A stretch of 43,027 nt of DNA, taken from positions 1 through 43,027 of IMG/VR virus record IMGVR_UViG_3300032080_000009, one strand, 5' to 3'. This stretch comes from a virus. Under the pieces are notes generated by a model. It was given only the letters and a program-made list of their open reading frames with translations, was not told the origin of the DNA and searched no databases. This document shows positions 1-8,835 of this stretch, in pieces (position 1 is the first letter of the stretch; each line of letters opens with the position of its first letter). The position numbers were made by a program, and so were the translations under genes.

Positions 1-127
1 CGGTCGCTGCGGGGCGTGCGGGTACTTCGCCGAGACGCACGACGTCGACGGCAAGTGCCACCCGGCGACCGGCGACAAGAACGGCCGCCGGGGCACGTTC
101 CGGCCGGCACCCGGGCCCGATCCCGAC
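1..127. repeat. Exact 127-bp duplication of the window ends (1-127 = 42901-43027)
   Basis: Compared base by base and identical. An ORF reads through the junction in frame. Confidence 0.97.
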
Positions 128-556
128 ATCGGGTGGCGCGAGATCATGTCGCTCGACGCTGCAGCTCGTCGAGCCGAGAGCGACCACGCTCGCGCCGCCT
201 ACGTCCCGCCCGTCGTCGAGCCGCCGCAGGTGCCGGCGCGCTCGCCGATGGGCCCGGGCGAGATCGCCGGGGCGGGCGGTCGCAAGCAGGCCACGAAGCT
301 CGGGCGGCAGGCGCTCGCGGCCGGTTGGCTCATCGAGGCGCTCTACTGGCGAGCGGCCGACGGCACCGAAGGGTGCGCGCTGCGGCTCGCTCGCGATCTC
401 GGCCTGCGCATGGTGCTCACGTGGAAGCGGCCGGCCGGACATGCCGGCGAGACGGTCGGATGGGCGTCTGACGTCGCGTACGCATGGCGCGAAGGCGTGA
501 CGCCTGCGACGAAGATCGGCCACTCAGAGGCCGAAAAGCTGCTCGAAACCTGCTAG
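2..556 (+). CDS. hypothetical protein, 3' part of a gene that starts at ATG 42896 across the circular junction
   Basis: The frame is open from base 2 and in frame with 146..556. Codon position 3 is G/C-rich. The N-terminus seen at 42896 is MNGRCGACGY...GKCH, which is Cys-rich. Confidence 0.7.
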   Translation, partial: GRCGACGYFAETHDVDGKCHPATGDKNGRRGTFRPAPGPDPDIGWREIMSLDAAARRAESDHARAAYVPPVVEPPQVPARSPMGPGEIAGAGGRKQATKLGRQALAAGWLIEALYWRAADGTEGCALRLARDLGLRMVLTWKRPAGHAGETVGWASDVAYAWREGVTPATKIGHSEAEKLLETC

Positions 557-559
557 GGT
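551..559 (+). promoter_or_regulatory. extended -10-like motif TGCTAGGGT, preceded by CTGCTCGAAAC
   Basis: Member of the CTGCTAnnnT family. The hexamer TAGGGT ends 6 nt before ATG 566. Confidence 0.4.
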
Positions 560-565
560 GGACGC

Positions 566-655
566 ATGAGAGAGATCTTCGTGAAGCTGGCAGTCGTCCT
601 GCTCGACGCCGTGCGCGCCTTCGCCGACCCGAACCGGACCGGCATCCGACAGTGA
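566..655 (+). CDS. possible 29-aa leaderless small ORF (MREIFVKLAVVLLDAVRAFADPNRTGIRQ)
   Basis: ATG sits 6 nt after the TAGGGT hexamer. The ORF is short and hydrophobic. There is no other support. Confidence 0.3.
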   Translation: MREIFVKLAVVLLDAVRAFADPNRTGIRQ

Positions 656-702
656 CCGAGCTCGTGCCGAGCGACACCGACATCGACTAGAGAGAGATCA
701 AC

Positions 703-1617
703 ATGGGAGAGACTGACAGCTTGCCGACCGCCCGGGAGTCGATGGTCCGAGCCGTCGCGGCGGCCGAGAGCGGCCGTTTCGAGCTCGCGCAGACATGGGT
801 CGCCATCGCTCGTGAGTTGCGCGAAGGCGCACGGCCGGCCGCGCCGCCGCAGATGCCCGGCAAGGCTCGGCAGGTGCCGGCCCCGCGCCCTTTCGAGCGG
901 GACGGGTCGGACGTGCAGCGGCTCGACTTCGGGCAGCGCTACGAAGACGAGCCGAAGCTCATGACGCGCCCGCACGACGACCCGAGCGCGGCCGTCATTG
1001 GCGACCCTGACAACGACGCTGACACGATGTACGGCTACACGAGGGGGCAGCAGAGACCGCCTTCGCAGACCGCCTACGCGGCGGCCGTGCGGACTCGCAA
1101 GCAGCTCGACCGGGGCGAAGGGCCCTACTCGGGCTCAGTCGTGGCCGACGTGAGCTCGCTCGTCGATGAGATCTTGACGCGAGCGCCGAAGGCTTCACAC
1201 GACGACACCGTGACGGCGATCAACGCCTTCGGGGCCGACGGTCTGCAGCGGATCGCCGACGTGCTGCACGGCCTGCCCGAGACGAGCGACGAGCGCGAGC
1301 GCCGCTTCGCGTACGCCCCGCCCGCACGCCCCTACGTCGACCCCGAGACGACCTTCGCCGGCTTCGCCCGTGGCGAGCAGGATCACACGAGGGTGCTTTC
1401 CGGCGGCCGGCCGGGCGAGTGCCGCAACTGCGGGCACGCGATCTACGAGGTGACCCCGAGCGATCTCGGCACGAGCCACCGGTTTCGGCACGAGGGCACG
1501 GGGCAGGCAATGTGCCCGACGCCGCCCCGCCATACCAACGAGGCAGGCGAAGAGACGTACGTGACGGGCCAGCATCTCTATGCCGAGCCCGGTGGCCTGC
1601 CGTACCGTGCTGAGTAG
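703..1617 (+). CDS. hypothetical protein
   Basis: 304-aa ORF with strong G/C at codon position 3. AGAGAGAG lies 6 nt upstream of the ATG. An in-frame TTG at 721 is an alternative start. Confidence 0.75.
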   Translation: MGETDSLPTARESMVRAVAAAESGRFELAQTWVAIARELREGARPAAPPQMPGKARQVPAPRPFERDGSDVQRLDFGQRYEDEPKLMTRPHDDPSAAVIGDPDNDADTMYGYTRGQQRPPSQTAYAAAVRTRKQLDRGEGPYSGSVVADVSSLVDEILTRAPKASHDDTVTAINAFGADGLQRIADVLHGLPETSDERERRFAYAPPARPYVDPETTFAGFARGEQDHTRVLSGGRPGECRNCGHAIYEVTPSDLGTSHRFRHEGTGQAMCPTPPRHTNEAGEETYVTGQHLYAEPGGLPYRAE

Positions 1618-1636
1618 GGCAGGCATAAGGCCTGCC
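1618..1636 (+). terminator. small hairpin GGCAGGC-ATAAG-GCCTGCC just after the stop codon
   Basis: 7-bp perfect stem read directly from the sequence. Confidence 0.35.
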
Positions 1637-1687
1637 TAGTGCCACGGCTAAGGCTGCTAGGCATGAGCCCCATGAGCACGGGCGATA

Positions 1688-1744
1688 CACAGCAGTGCCC
1701 CCTACTGAGCGCGTGCCCCCGCATAGGTAGGGGGCACTGCTGTG
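1688..1744 (+). terminator. 18-bp perfect stem-loop (CACAGCAGTGCCCCCTAC / GTAGGGGGCACTGCTGTG) with a 21-nt loop
   Basis: Perfect inverted repeat in an intergenic gap. The loop holds a second GTGCCCCC copy that could pair alternatively. Confidence 0.6.
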
Positions 1745-1754
1745 TGCGGGGGCA

Positions 1755-1760
1755 TATGTT
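1755..1760 (+). promoter_or_regulatory. -10-like hexamer TATGTT, 6 nt before ATG 1767
   Basis: Same hexamer-to-ATG spacing as the other leaderless-type sites, but it lacks the TGC prefix. Confidence 0.4.
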
Positions 1761-1766
1761 GGTTAT

Positions 1767-2096
1767 ATGGGTAGAGCAGCAGCTATCCCCCCTAAGCCAC
1801 GAGGGGGTAGAGAGTGGCGATCAGTACCCCTACCTCCTGATTGGGATAGGGTCATCCGCCCGCGCATTCTCAAGCGTGACCCGACGTGCAGACTCAAGGT
1901 CAACTGCTGGGGAGCGCCGAGCACAGAGGTCGACCACGGGGACAGCGGGCCAGACGATCACAGCGATGCGAACCTACGAGGTGTGTGCACGTCATGCCAC
2001 GCGAGGCGAACGGGGCAGCAAGGTGGCCGAGCACGTCAAGCGGGAGCAGCAAGAGCTAAGCGTAAGCAGGACACGCGCCATCCTGGTTTACTCTAA
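1767..2096 (+). CDS. HNH endonuclease
   Basis: 109 aa with ...RDPTCRLKVNCWGAPSTEVDHGD...NLRGVCTSCHARRT, an HNH/zinc-finger pattern. It sits next to the terminase region. Confidence 0.85.
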   Translation: MGRAAAIPPKPRGGREWRSVPLPPDWDRVIRPRILKRDPTCRLKVNCWGAPSTEVDHGDSGPDDHSDANLRGVCTSCHARRTGQQGGRARQAGAARAKRKQDTRHPGLL

Positions 2097-2283
2097 GTTA
2101 TTTTTAACTGTGTGTAATCGCCGGAGGGTGGGAGGTGCCCCCCGGGGGTAGGGTGTCAGCGCGGCTGGGTTTAGCGCCTGCCAGCCAGTATAGAACCGGG
2201 CCCGACTTACTAGGGCGAAACGGACATCACTCTGAGTAGCGTAATTGCGGAGTGTAATCCTTACTATGTGCTAGGTTTCTGCT
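2097..2283. other. 187-bp non-coding, AT-richer gap that may hold the cos/packaging-site region
   Basis: It lies between two HNH genes, upstream of terS/terL. It contains TAAGTTATTTTTAACTG, the palindrome CCCCCGGGGG (2139-2148), and GTGTAATC direct repeats at 2112-2119 and 2252-2259. Confidence 0.3.
2269..2277 (+). promoter_or_regulatory. extended -10-like motif TGCTAGGTT (a second overlapping copy, TGCTATGCC, is at 2280-2288)
   Basis: The hexamer TAGGTT ends 6 nt before ATG 2284. The 18-mer ATGTGCTAGsTTTCTGCT recurs at 2873. Confidence 0.5.
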
Positions 2284-2919
2284 ATGCCCGAAGATCGAGA
2301 GCGCCGAAACGCTCGACAGCGTGAGTACATGCGGCAGCGTCGGGCGGCCGGCATCGCTCATCGAAAAGACGAGCTCGCTTGCCCCCGTTGCGGCACGTCG
2401 AGACCGGTTCGGCGCGACAAGTCGCCCGTCTCTTGTCGTCCCTGCCAGCGTCGAGACGCGCTCGCCGCCGCCGTACAAGTGAGTGCGGAGGCTCGGCGGC
2501 TCGATCCTGCCGAGCGCCGCCGACGACGACGCGAGCGCAAGCGCGCAGCGCGTCGACCGTCGGGTTACGCCTTCGTCGCGCTGCCGCCCGAGCTGCGAGA
2601 GCGGCGTGCCCGAGCTCGTCATGCCGATCGGAAGGCCCGACGCCGGGCCCGCCTGCGCACTGCCTTCGTCGAGACCGTGCGTCGGGCCGAAATCTTCGCT
2701 CGCGATGGGCATCGCTGCCTGCTCTGCGGTGACCTGCTCGCCATGGCCGAGACCGTTCCGCACCCGCTTGCGCCTACCATCGATCACGTGCTGCCGCTCG
2801 CTCGGGGCGGCGCTCATGCCCCGTGGAACGTGCAAGCAGCACACTTTCTGTGCAACTCGCGTAAGCGCGACAATGTGCTAGCTTTCTGCTCGGGAGAGAG
2901 GACACCGACATGCCAGTAG
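2284..2919 (+). CDS. HNH endonuclease with an Arg-rich N-terminal region
   Basis: The C-terminal motif is DGHRCLLCG...TIDHVLPLARGG...NVQAAHFLCNSRK. Confidence 0.85.
   Translation: MPEDRERRNARQREYMRQRRAAGIAHRKDELACPRCGTSRPVRRDKSPVSCRPCQRRDALAAAVQVSAEARRLDPAERRRRRRERKRAARRPSGYAFVALPPELRERRARARHADRKARRRARLRTAFVETVRRAEIFARDGHRCLLCGDLLAMAETVPHPLAPTIDHVLPLARGGAHAPWNVQAAHFLCNSRKRDNVLAFCSGERTPTCQ
2876..2884 (+). promoter_or_regulatory. extended -10-like motif TGCTAGCTT inside the 3' end of the HNH gene, upstream of terS
   Basis: Near-identical copy of the 2266 motif, followed by GGGAGAGAGG and then ATG 2910. Confidence 0.4.
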
Positions 2920-3380
2920 CAGGCGCGAAGCCGAAGGCCGACCGGTCGCAGATCAGGCACCGAGTCGAAGCCGTACACGAATGGGTCGACGTCGAGAACG
3001 TGCCGTTCACCGACGCCCCGAAGCTGCCCGAGCGCGAGAAGCAGGTCTCATGGGCCGACGCCGGCGCGGTCGGCGGCTCGTGGCCGATCTCGACGCTCGC
3101 GTGGTGGCGGGACATCTCGTCGATGCCGCACGCGAAGCTCTGGACGAAGGCCGAGTGGCGCTTCGCCATCGACACGGCCGAGATCCACGCTCGCACGATG
3201 GAAGCGTGGCGCGGGTACACCGGGGCCGAGATTCGGGCCCGCGAGAAGCTGCTCGGAATGCTCGCCGACTACCGGCGCGACCTGCGTATCCGCTACGTCG
3301 AGCCGAAGGCGGCCGAAGAGCGCTCGAAGGCGGCCGATGACGCGAACGTCGTCTCGATCACGAGCCTGCGGGCGCTCTGA
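2910..3380 (+). CDS. terS: terminase small subunit (probable)
   Basis: 156 aa, first gene of the packaging operon. The segment WWRDISSMPHAKLWTKAEWRFAIDTAEIHA and the tail LRIRYVEP look like actinophage small terminases. This rests on position and recollected similarity only. Confidence 0.6.
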   Translation: MPVAGAKPKADRSQIRHRVEAVHEWVDVENVPFTDAPKLPEREKQVSWADAGAVGGSWPISTLAWWRDISSMPHAKLWTKAEWRFAIDTAEIHARTMEAWRGYTGAEIRAREKLLGMLADYRRDLRIRYVEPKAAEERSKAADDANVVSITSLRAL

Positions 3381-3643
3381 TGCGGCGCAAACTGCGCCCG
3401 GTCGCCGACGACGGGCTCGTGCCGCTCGCCGCGCTGCCGTCGGGCTCGGTCGCTGCAGAGCAACTCGCTCTCTACGGCGAGCCGCAGCGCGTCGAGCTCC
3501 CGCGCGAGCAGCGGCTCGCCGGCTCGTACACTCCGCCCGCGCCGCCACCGGCCGAGCTCGGCTTCGACCCCGAGAAATGGCGCTCGATGAACCGTGCTGA
3601 GCGCCGCGCCGTGCTGCGCTACGCGAAGCGGCAGCCGTCATGA
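3380..3643 (+). CDS. hypothetical protein
   Basis: TGATG stop/start overlap with terS. Codon position 3 is G/C-rich. Confidence 0.65.
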   Translation: MRRKLRPVADDGLVPLAALPSGSVAAEQLALYGEPQRVELPREQRLAGSYTPPAPPPAELGFDPEKWRSMNRAERRAVLRYAKRQPS

Positions 3644-3930
3644 CCGAGAGGCTCGGCGTCGGCGAGCTCACGATGCACTTCCGTCGCTTCGTCGACGGCA
3701 CGCCGCCTGCGCGGCAGCAGATTGAGTGCGGCGTGCGAGCGGGGTGCGTGACGGCTCGACTCGAAGACGTCACGTGCGCAGGGTGCAAGCTCGTCGCGGC
3801 CGAAGCCGACAAGCGGGCCGAGCACTGCGGCTGTCGTCGCGGCGACGTCCATCGGGGGCACGCGCGTGCAGCGATCGAGATCGCCGGCCGGCTGCCCGAA
3901 TTGCTCGATGAGCTGCGGGGGCGCTCATGA
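3640..3930 (+). CDS. hypothetical protein (Cys-containing)
   Basis: ATGA overlaps on both sides. Confidence 0.65.
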   Translation: MTERLGVGELTMHFRRFVDGTPPARQQIECGVRAGCVTARLEDVTCAGCKLVAAEADKRAEHCGCRRGDVHRGHARAAIEIAGRLPELLDELRGRS

Positions 3931-4088
3931 CCGCGCACGATTGGCGTCGCGGGCGCACGCGGCGATATCGCACGTTCGGCGGCGCGGTCGTCGACGTCGA
4001 GCTCGTTTGTCGCCGCTGCGGCACGACGAAGAGTGCGGGCGATGTCGTGCGAGAGGAATGCGAGCCGCCTGCCGAGTCGGCCGAATGA
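3927..4088 (+). CDS. hypothetical small protein (53 aa, contains CRRCG)
   Basis: ATGA overlap upstream (3927) and downstream (4085). It is absent from the ORF track because it is short. Confidence 0.5.
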   Translation: MTAHDWRRGRTRRYRTFGGAVVDVELVCRRCGTTKSAGDVVREECEPPAESAE

Positions 4089-5869
4089 CCGCCCCGACGA
4101 TCGAGCTCGACCCCGATGCCGGCGTCGAGATGCTGCCCGGCTACCGCGTCGATCCGTGGTACGGCACGACGGCATGGGTCACGCTCCCATGGCCCGAGAC
4201 GCAGGCCGAGAAAGACGCGCTCATCGAGAGCTCGCTCGGCCCGGGCGTCATCGATTGGGCGGAGGGGCGGGGCGAAGGGCCCGGGCTCGTCGACTACCAA
4301 AACGGCGGCCCTTGGACGTATACGGCCGGGCAGAAACGCTTTCTGATCCTTTGGTACGCCTACGACTCGCGCGGGCGCTTTCTCTACCGGCGCGGGGCGA
4401 AGCGCGGCGCGAAGGGCACGGGGAAAGACCCGTTCGGCGGCTCGGTCTGCCTCGCCGAGCTCGTCGGGCCGACGCAACTCGTGCTCGATGCCGACGGGTG
4501 GCACGGCGAGTCGCACGGAATGCCGCTCGTGCAGATCGCGAGCAACTCAGAGGCGCAGTCGAAAGACGTGCTGCGCGTCGCTAACGCGATGTGCTCGAAA
4601 GACTTTCGCGCGTACTACGATCTCGACTGCGGCGAGACGCGCACGATCGTCAAGGGCACGGGCGGTCGCATCGAAGTGCTCACGGCGTCGGAATCGAGCG
4701 CCGAAGGCGACCCGGCGACCTTCGTCTTTCTCAACGAGACGCACCATATGACCGAATCGAGCGGCGGTCACCGGGTCGCGAAAGTCGTGCGACGCAACGT
4801 GGGCAAGTCGCCGGCTCATCTGCAGGCGCGCACGCTCGACGGCACGAATGCGCACATGCAAGGCGGCGACTCGATCGCCGAGCGCACGTACGTCGCGTGG
4901 CAGGCGCAGGTGGCGGGCAAGGCGGCGCGGCGAGACATTCTGTACGACTCGATCGAAGCGCCGCCGACGACTGACCTGTTCAACGACGCGAGCCGGCAGG
5001 CCGGCCTTCGTGCCGCGTACGCCGATGCCCATTGGGCCGACCTTGAGCGGCTTGACGGCGAGGTGCTCGACCCCGAGACGCCGGTCGCCGACTCGATTCG
5101 GTACTACCTCAACGGGCTCGCGGCGGCCGAAGACGCATGGGTCGACCCGCGCAAGATCTCGGCGCTCGCGCGCCCGCAGGTGCGCATCGCCGACGGCGAG
5201 CAGGTCGCGATGTTTCTCGACTGCTCGAAGTCGGGCGACGTGACCGCGCTCGTCGCGTGCCGGCTCTCCGACGGCTTCGTGCAGCGGCTCGGCGCATGGG
5301 TCCCACCGCGCGGCACGGCTGGGAAGGGGTGGCTCGTCGACCGCGAGCAGGTCGACGGCGCGGTGCGCGGCGCATGGGCGAAATACAAGGTCGTATGGTT
5401 CGGCGTCGACCCGTCGCCGGCGAAGGACGACGAGACCGAGCTCAACTATTGGATGCCGCTCGCCGACGCATGGCACCGCGACTTCAGTAAGCGGCTCAAA
5501 GTGTGGGCTACCGGCGGCGCGAAAGTCGGGCACTCGGTGCTCTTCGACATGCGGATCAAGACGCTCGGCGGCGCGGCGCGTAACGCGCAATTCGTGCAAG
5601 CGGCGATGCAGACGCAGGACGATATCGACGAGACGGGCACGTTCCTATGGGATGGCGACCCCCTCATGCTCGCGCATTTCACGCAGGCGAAAGGCCGGCC
5701 GACGCCGTGGGGCCGCACGCTCGGCAAGGTGACCCGCGACTCGTCGAAGCACGTCGACCTCGCCGTTTCTGCAGTCGGGGCCCGCATGGGCAGGCGTATC
5801 GTGTTGAATAGCGGCAAGGTGCGGGCGCGGTCGGCACGAGCAGGCGGCACGGGGAAGGCGGTTTTCTAG
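4085..5869 (+). CDS. terL: terminase large subunit
   Basis: 594 aa from the internal ATG 4085, which is coupled by ATGA. It has a Walker A-like GAKGTGKD, FVFLNETHH, and a C-terminal nuclease-sized domain. It lies directly upstream of portal. Confidence 0.9.
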   Translation: MTAPTIELDPDAGVEMLPGYRVDPWYGTTAWVTLPWPETQAEKDALIESSLGPGVIDWAEGRGEGPGLVDYQNGGPWTYTAGQKRFLILWYAYDSRGRFLYRRGAKRGAKGTGKDPFGGSVCLAELVGPTQLVLDADGWHGESHGMPLVQIASNSEAQSKDVLRVANAMCSKDFRAYYDLDCGETRTIVKGTGGRIEVLTASESSAEGDPATFVFLNETHHMTESSGGHRVAKVVRRNVGKSPAHLQARTLDGTNAHMQGGDSIAERTYVAWQAQVAGKAARRDILYDSIEAPPTTDLFNDASRQAGLRAAYADAHWADLERLDGEVLDPETPVADSIRYYLNGLAAAEDAWVDPRKISALARPQVRIADGEQVAMFLDCSKSGDVTALVACRLSDGFVQRLGAWVPPRGTAGKGWLVDREQVDGAVRGAWAKYKVVWFGVDPSPAKDDETELNYWMPLADAWHRDFSKRLKVWATGGAKVGHSVLFDMRIKTLGGAARNAQFVQAAMQTQDDIDETGTFLWDGDPLMLAHFTQAKGRPTPWGRTLGKVTRDSSKHVDLAVSAVGARMGRRIVLNSGKVRARSARAGGTGKAVF

Positions 5870-7360
5870 GTGGCGATCGAGTCCCGCGGCGCGGTCGTTG
5901 CGCTCGCAAAAGAGCTGCACGCGACACATCTGCGCGAGCTCGAAGAGCTCGACGTGCTGCGGCGCTACGTGACCGGCAAGCAGGCCTTGCCGCTCGTCGT
6001 CCCCCGTGACGCGCCCCGCGAGGTGCAGGAGATGGCGCGCATTTCGCGGATCAACATCATCTCGATTGTCGTGAACGCGCTCGTCGAGAGTCTCTACGTC
6101 GACAACATGCGTGCTCTCGACGACGCACCCGCGCCCGAGCTCGACCCGGAAGATCTCGACCCCACGCAGCTCGACGAGCCGGGCGACGGCGAGCAGGTCG
6201 TCTCGCGCATCTGGGAAGTCTGGCAGCGCAACAAGCTCGACCGGGGGCAGAGTGGGCTCTACCGCGCCGTCTTCACGTACGGATGGGCGTACATGGTCGT
6301 CACGAATGGCGACCCCCTGCCCGTCGTGCGACCGGTCTCGCCGCGCAGCATCACTGCGCTCTACGACGACGACCCCGATTGGCCCGTCTTCGCGCTCGAA
6401 AAGCGGCGAAACGGCAGGTGGTCGCTCTACGACGAGACGCACGTCTACTCGCTCGGCCGCGACGAAAAGGGCGACTGGACGGTGCTCGGCGAGCGCCCGC
6501 ACGGGCTCACCTACTGCCCGGTCATCCGCTACGTCGACGCCGACGATCTCGATCTCGACAACGAGCCCGAGTTCTCGCCGGCCGCGTACGCGCGGGGCGT
6601 GCAGTCGAGCATCGTCGCCGGGCAGGTCGCGCCGCTCATGACGCTGCAGGATCAGGCTGACGTTACGACGTTCTCACTGCGGGCGGCCGAGTGGTATACG
6701 GCCTTCCGGCAGCGCTGGATCGTCGGGTGGACGCCGGAGAGCAAGGCGGCGAAAGTCGCGGCCGGCGCGTCGCAGATGTGGACCTTCGACGCCGACCCCG
6801 ACGAAGTGAAGCTCGGCGAGTTCGGCGAGACGACGCTCGAAGGCTACTTGCGCTCGCGCGACGCGACGGCTCGCTTCGCGGCGACGCTCTCGCAGACGCC
6901 CGTGCATGAACTGATCGGCGAGCTCGTGAACCTCTCGGCCGAAGCGCTCGCGGCGGCCGAAGCCGGCCGTGACCGCAAGGTCGACCTGCGCAAAACGGGC
7001 AACGGTGAGAGCCACGAGCAGACGGCCGGCGCGATCGGCGACCTGCTCGGGCTCGACGTGCCCGATGACATCGAAGTCGTCTGGCGCGACACAAGCGCCC
7101 GAGCCTTCGGTGCGATCGTCGACGGGCTCGGCAAGCTCGCGCAGATGCTCGGCGTGCCGCCCGAAGCGCTCTGGGAGCGCATTCCGGGCGCGACCCGGCA
7201 GGAGATCGCCCGGTGGAAGCAGCTCGCCGCGAAGGGCGACTCGATGGCGGCGCTTACCCGGCTGCTCGATCAGCAGGCCGGCGAGACGCCGCCGACCGGC
7301 GCGCCCGGCGAGCGCACGTCACCCGGCGGCGTCATCCTGCCGCCCGGCGTGGAAGTCTGA
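5870..7360 (+). CDS. portal protein
   Basis: 496 aa, GTG start abutting the terL stop. Size and position fit, and the N-terminus LRELEELDVLRRYVTG is portal-like. Confidence 0.88.
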   Translation: MAIESRGAVVALAKELHATHLRELEELDVLRRYVTGKQALPLVVPRDAPREVQEMARISRINIISIVVNALVESLYVDNMRALDDAPAPELDPEDLDPTQLDEPGDGEQVVSRIWEVWQRNKLDRGQSGLYRAVFTYGWAYMVVTNGDPLPVVRPVSPRSITALYDDDPDWPVFALEKRRNGRWSLYDETHVYSLGRDEKGDWTVLGERPHGLTYCPVIRYVDADDLDLDNEPEFSPAAYARGVQSSIVAGQVAPLMTLQDQADVTTFSLRAAEWYTAFRQRWIVGWTPESKAAKVAAGASQMWTFDADPDEVKLGEFGETTLEGYLRSRDATARFAATLSQTPVHELIGELVNLSAEALAAAEAGRDRKVDLRKTGNGESHEQTAGAIGDLLGLDVPDDIEVVWRDTSARAFGAIVDGLGKLAQMLGVPPEALWERIPGATRQEIARWKQLAAKGDSMAALTRLLDQQAGETPPTGAPGERTSPGGVILPPGVEV

Positions 7361-7362
7361 CC

Positions 7363-8148
7363 GTGGCGACGACGCCGCTCGGGGCCCGTCTGACGACCGC
7401 GTACCGGGCCGAGCAGCTCGCCGCACAGGCGGGCTCGCTGCGGCAACTCGTGCTGCTCTGGCGGGCGGTCGACGTGACGAACCTCTCCGAGACGATCGAC
7501 GTCTTCGCCCGGGCGGCGGCGCTGCTCGGCGGGCAGGGCTTCGACGCGAGCGCGATCTCGGCCGCGCAGTACGTGACCGAGTTCCGCGAAGCCGAGCTCG
7601 GCGTCGGCATCGAAGCGCGCATCGCGCAGCGGCCGGCGCAGGCGTACATCGCCGGGCAGATTCGCGGCGCGGCGCTCTCGGGCATCATCGACGCGCGTAA
7701 GGCGGGTAAGTCGATCGACTTCGCCGGCCGCAACGGGCTCGTCAAGGCGATCGGCAGCTTCGGCCGCATCATGCTCGGCGGCGGCCGGCAGACGATCACG
7801 CGCACCGTTGCCGTCGACCGCAAGGCGCTCGGATGGATGCGCGCGACGAGCGGCTCACCGTGCACGTTCTGCCGCATGATCGCGAGTCGCGGCGCGCAGT
7901 ACAAGACCGAGCGCTCGGCGTCATTCCAACCGCATGACCACTGCGGCTGTACGCCCGAGCCGCTCTACTCCGACGCCGACGAGACGCTCGGTGCCGCCGC
8001 GCAGGGTGCGAAATTCAAGGGCGAATACGACTCGGCGCAGGCATGGGCCCGCTCGAATGGCACAATGTCTCAAGGTACGAGCAATAATGCACTCAACAAC
8101 TACCGACGATGGCTCGCCGCAGGCCGGCCGGGAGCGGGTAGCAAGTGA
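7363..8148 (+). CDS. MuF-like minor capsid / head morphogenesis protein
   Basis: GTG 7363 follows just after the portal stop. The C-terminal motif is GSPCTFCRMIASRGAQYK...FQPHDHCGCTPEP. Confidence 0.8.
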   Translation: MATTPLGARLTTAYRAEQLAAQAGSLRQLVLLWRAVDVTNLSETIDVFARAAALLGGQGFDASAISAAQYVTEFREAELGVGIEARIAQRPAQAYIAGQIRGAALSGIIDARKAGKSIDFAGRNGLVKAIGSFGRIMLGGGRQTITRTVAVDRKALGWMRATSGSPCTFCRMIASRGAQYKTERSASFQPHDHCGCTPEPLYSDADETLGAAAQGAKFKGEYDSAQAWARSNGTMSQGTSNNALNNYRRWLAAGRPGAGSK

Positions 8149-8163
8149 CGGGAGCAACCCGGT

Positions 8164-8790
8164 ATGCCTACTGACGACGATGGCGACGACAAGACCGAAA
8201 CGACGTTCACCCGAGCGCAGATGGCCCGAGAGGTCAATCGGCAGGTGCGCGAGAAGGTCTCGGCGGCGCTGGCGGAATACGGCGACCTCGAAGAGCTCAA
8301 GCGCAAGGCGTCCGAAGCTGACAAGCAGAAAACGCAGCTCGACAAGGTTTCCGAGCAGCTCGACGCGCTGACGAAGCGTGCCGAAGTTGCTGAGATCGAG
8401 AACGATCGGCGCAAGGTCGCCGACGAGCTCGGGCTCACTCCGAAGGAAGCGAAGCGACTGCGAGGCAAGACGTACGCCGAGCTCAAGGCCGACGCCGATG
8501 AGCTTGTCGACGATCTCGGCATCGACGTCAAGGCGCGCAAGAACGGTAAGACGAAGACGAAGGGCAAGACGACCGACGACGGCGACGCTGCCGACGACGA
8601 GTCGTCGAGCGACGACGGCGACACGGACGACGACGGCGACAACGACGAGCAGCAGACCGCACCCGAGCGGCGGACGGCCTCACGGCGGCGACCGCGCGAG
8701 CTGCGTTCCGGCGCTCCCATGTCGGCCGGCGACGACCGCGACGCGAGCGACCCGCTTAAGCTCATCGAGAACGTGCCGCGAGGCAGGTAG
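8164..8790 (+). CDS. capsid scaffolding protein
   Basis: 208 aa, highly charged and coiled-coil-like (EELKRKASEADKQKTQLDKVSEQLDAL) with an acidic tail. It lies immediately upstream of the capsid gene. Confidence 0.7.
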   Translation: MPTDDDGDDKTETTFTRAQMAREVNRQVREKVSAALAEYGDLEELKRKASEADKQKTQLDKVSEQLDALTKRAEVAEIENDRRKVADELGLTPKEAKRLRGKTYAELKADADELVDDLGIDVKARKNGKTKTKGKTTDDGDAADDESSSDDGDTDDDGDNDEQQTAPERRTASRRRPRELRSGAPMSAGDDRDASDPLKLIENVPRGR

Positions 8791-8835
8791 TAACAGCGGA
8801 CGGAACGGCCGGCCGCGCGAGATAGGGGATATGGC

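Noticed and set aside
1-127. Treating the 127-bp duplication as a biological direct terminal repeat
   Set aside because: It interrupts a continuous ORF, shows no packaging-signal features, and has the exact length expected from k=127 assembly overlap. Only read-level data can settle this.
1639-2151. 170-aa ORF overlapping the first HNH gene in another frame
   Set aside because: It spans the 18-bp hairpin and the intergenic sequence. The overlapping frame at 1767-2096 carries a clear HNH motif.
3048-4175. Long antisense or alternative-frame ORFs across the genome (for example 3048-4175-, 4547-5599-, 8680-10155-, 15543-17105-, 17800-19170-, 21525-22661-, 35986-37194-, 37207-38274-, 27116-28399+, 28499-29401+, 25990-26781-)
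   Set aside because: Their translations are Arg/Ala/Pro/Gly-rich and low in complexity. They lack the strong G/C bias at codon position 3 seen in the chosen frames. They overlap genes with recognisable motifs or tight ATGA/GTGA coupling.
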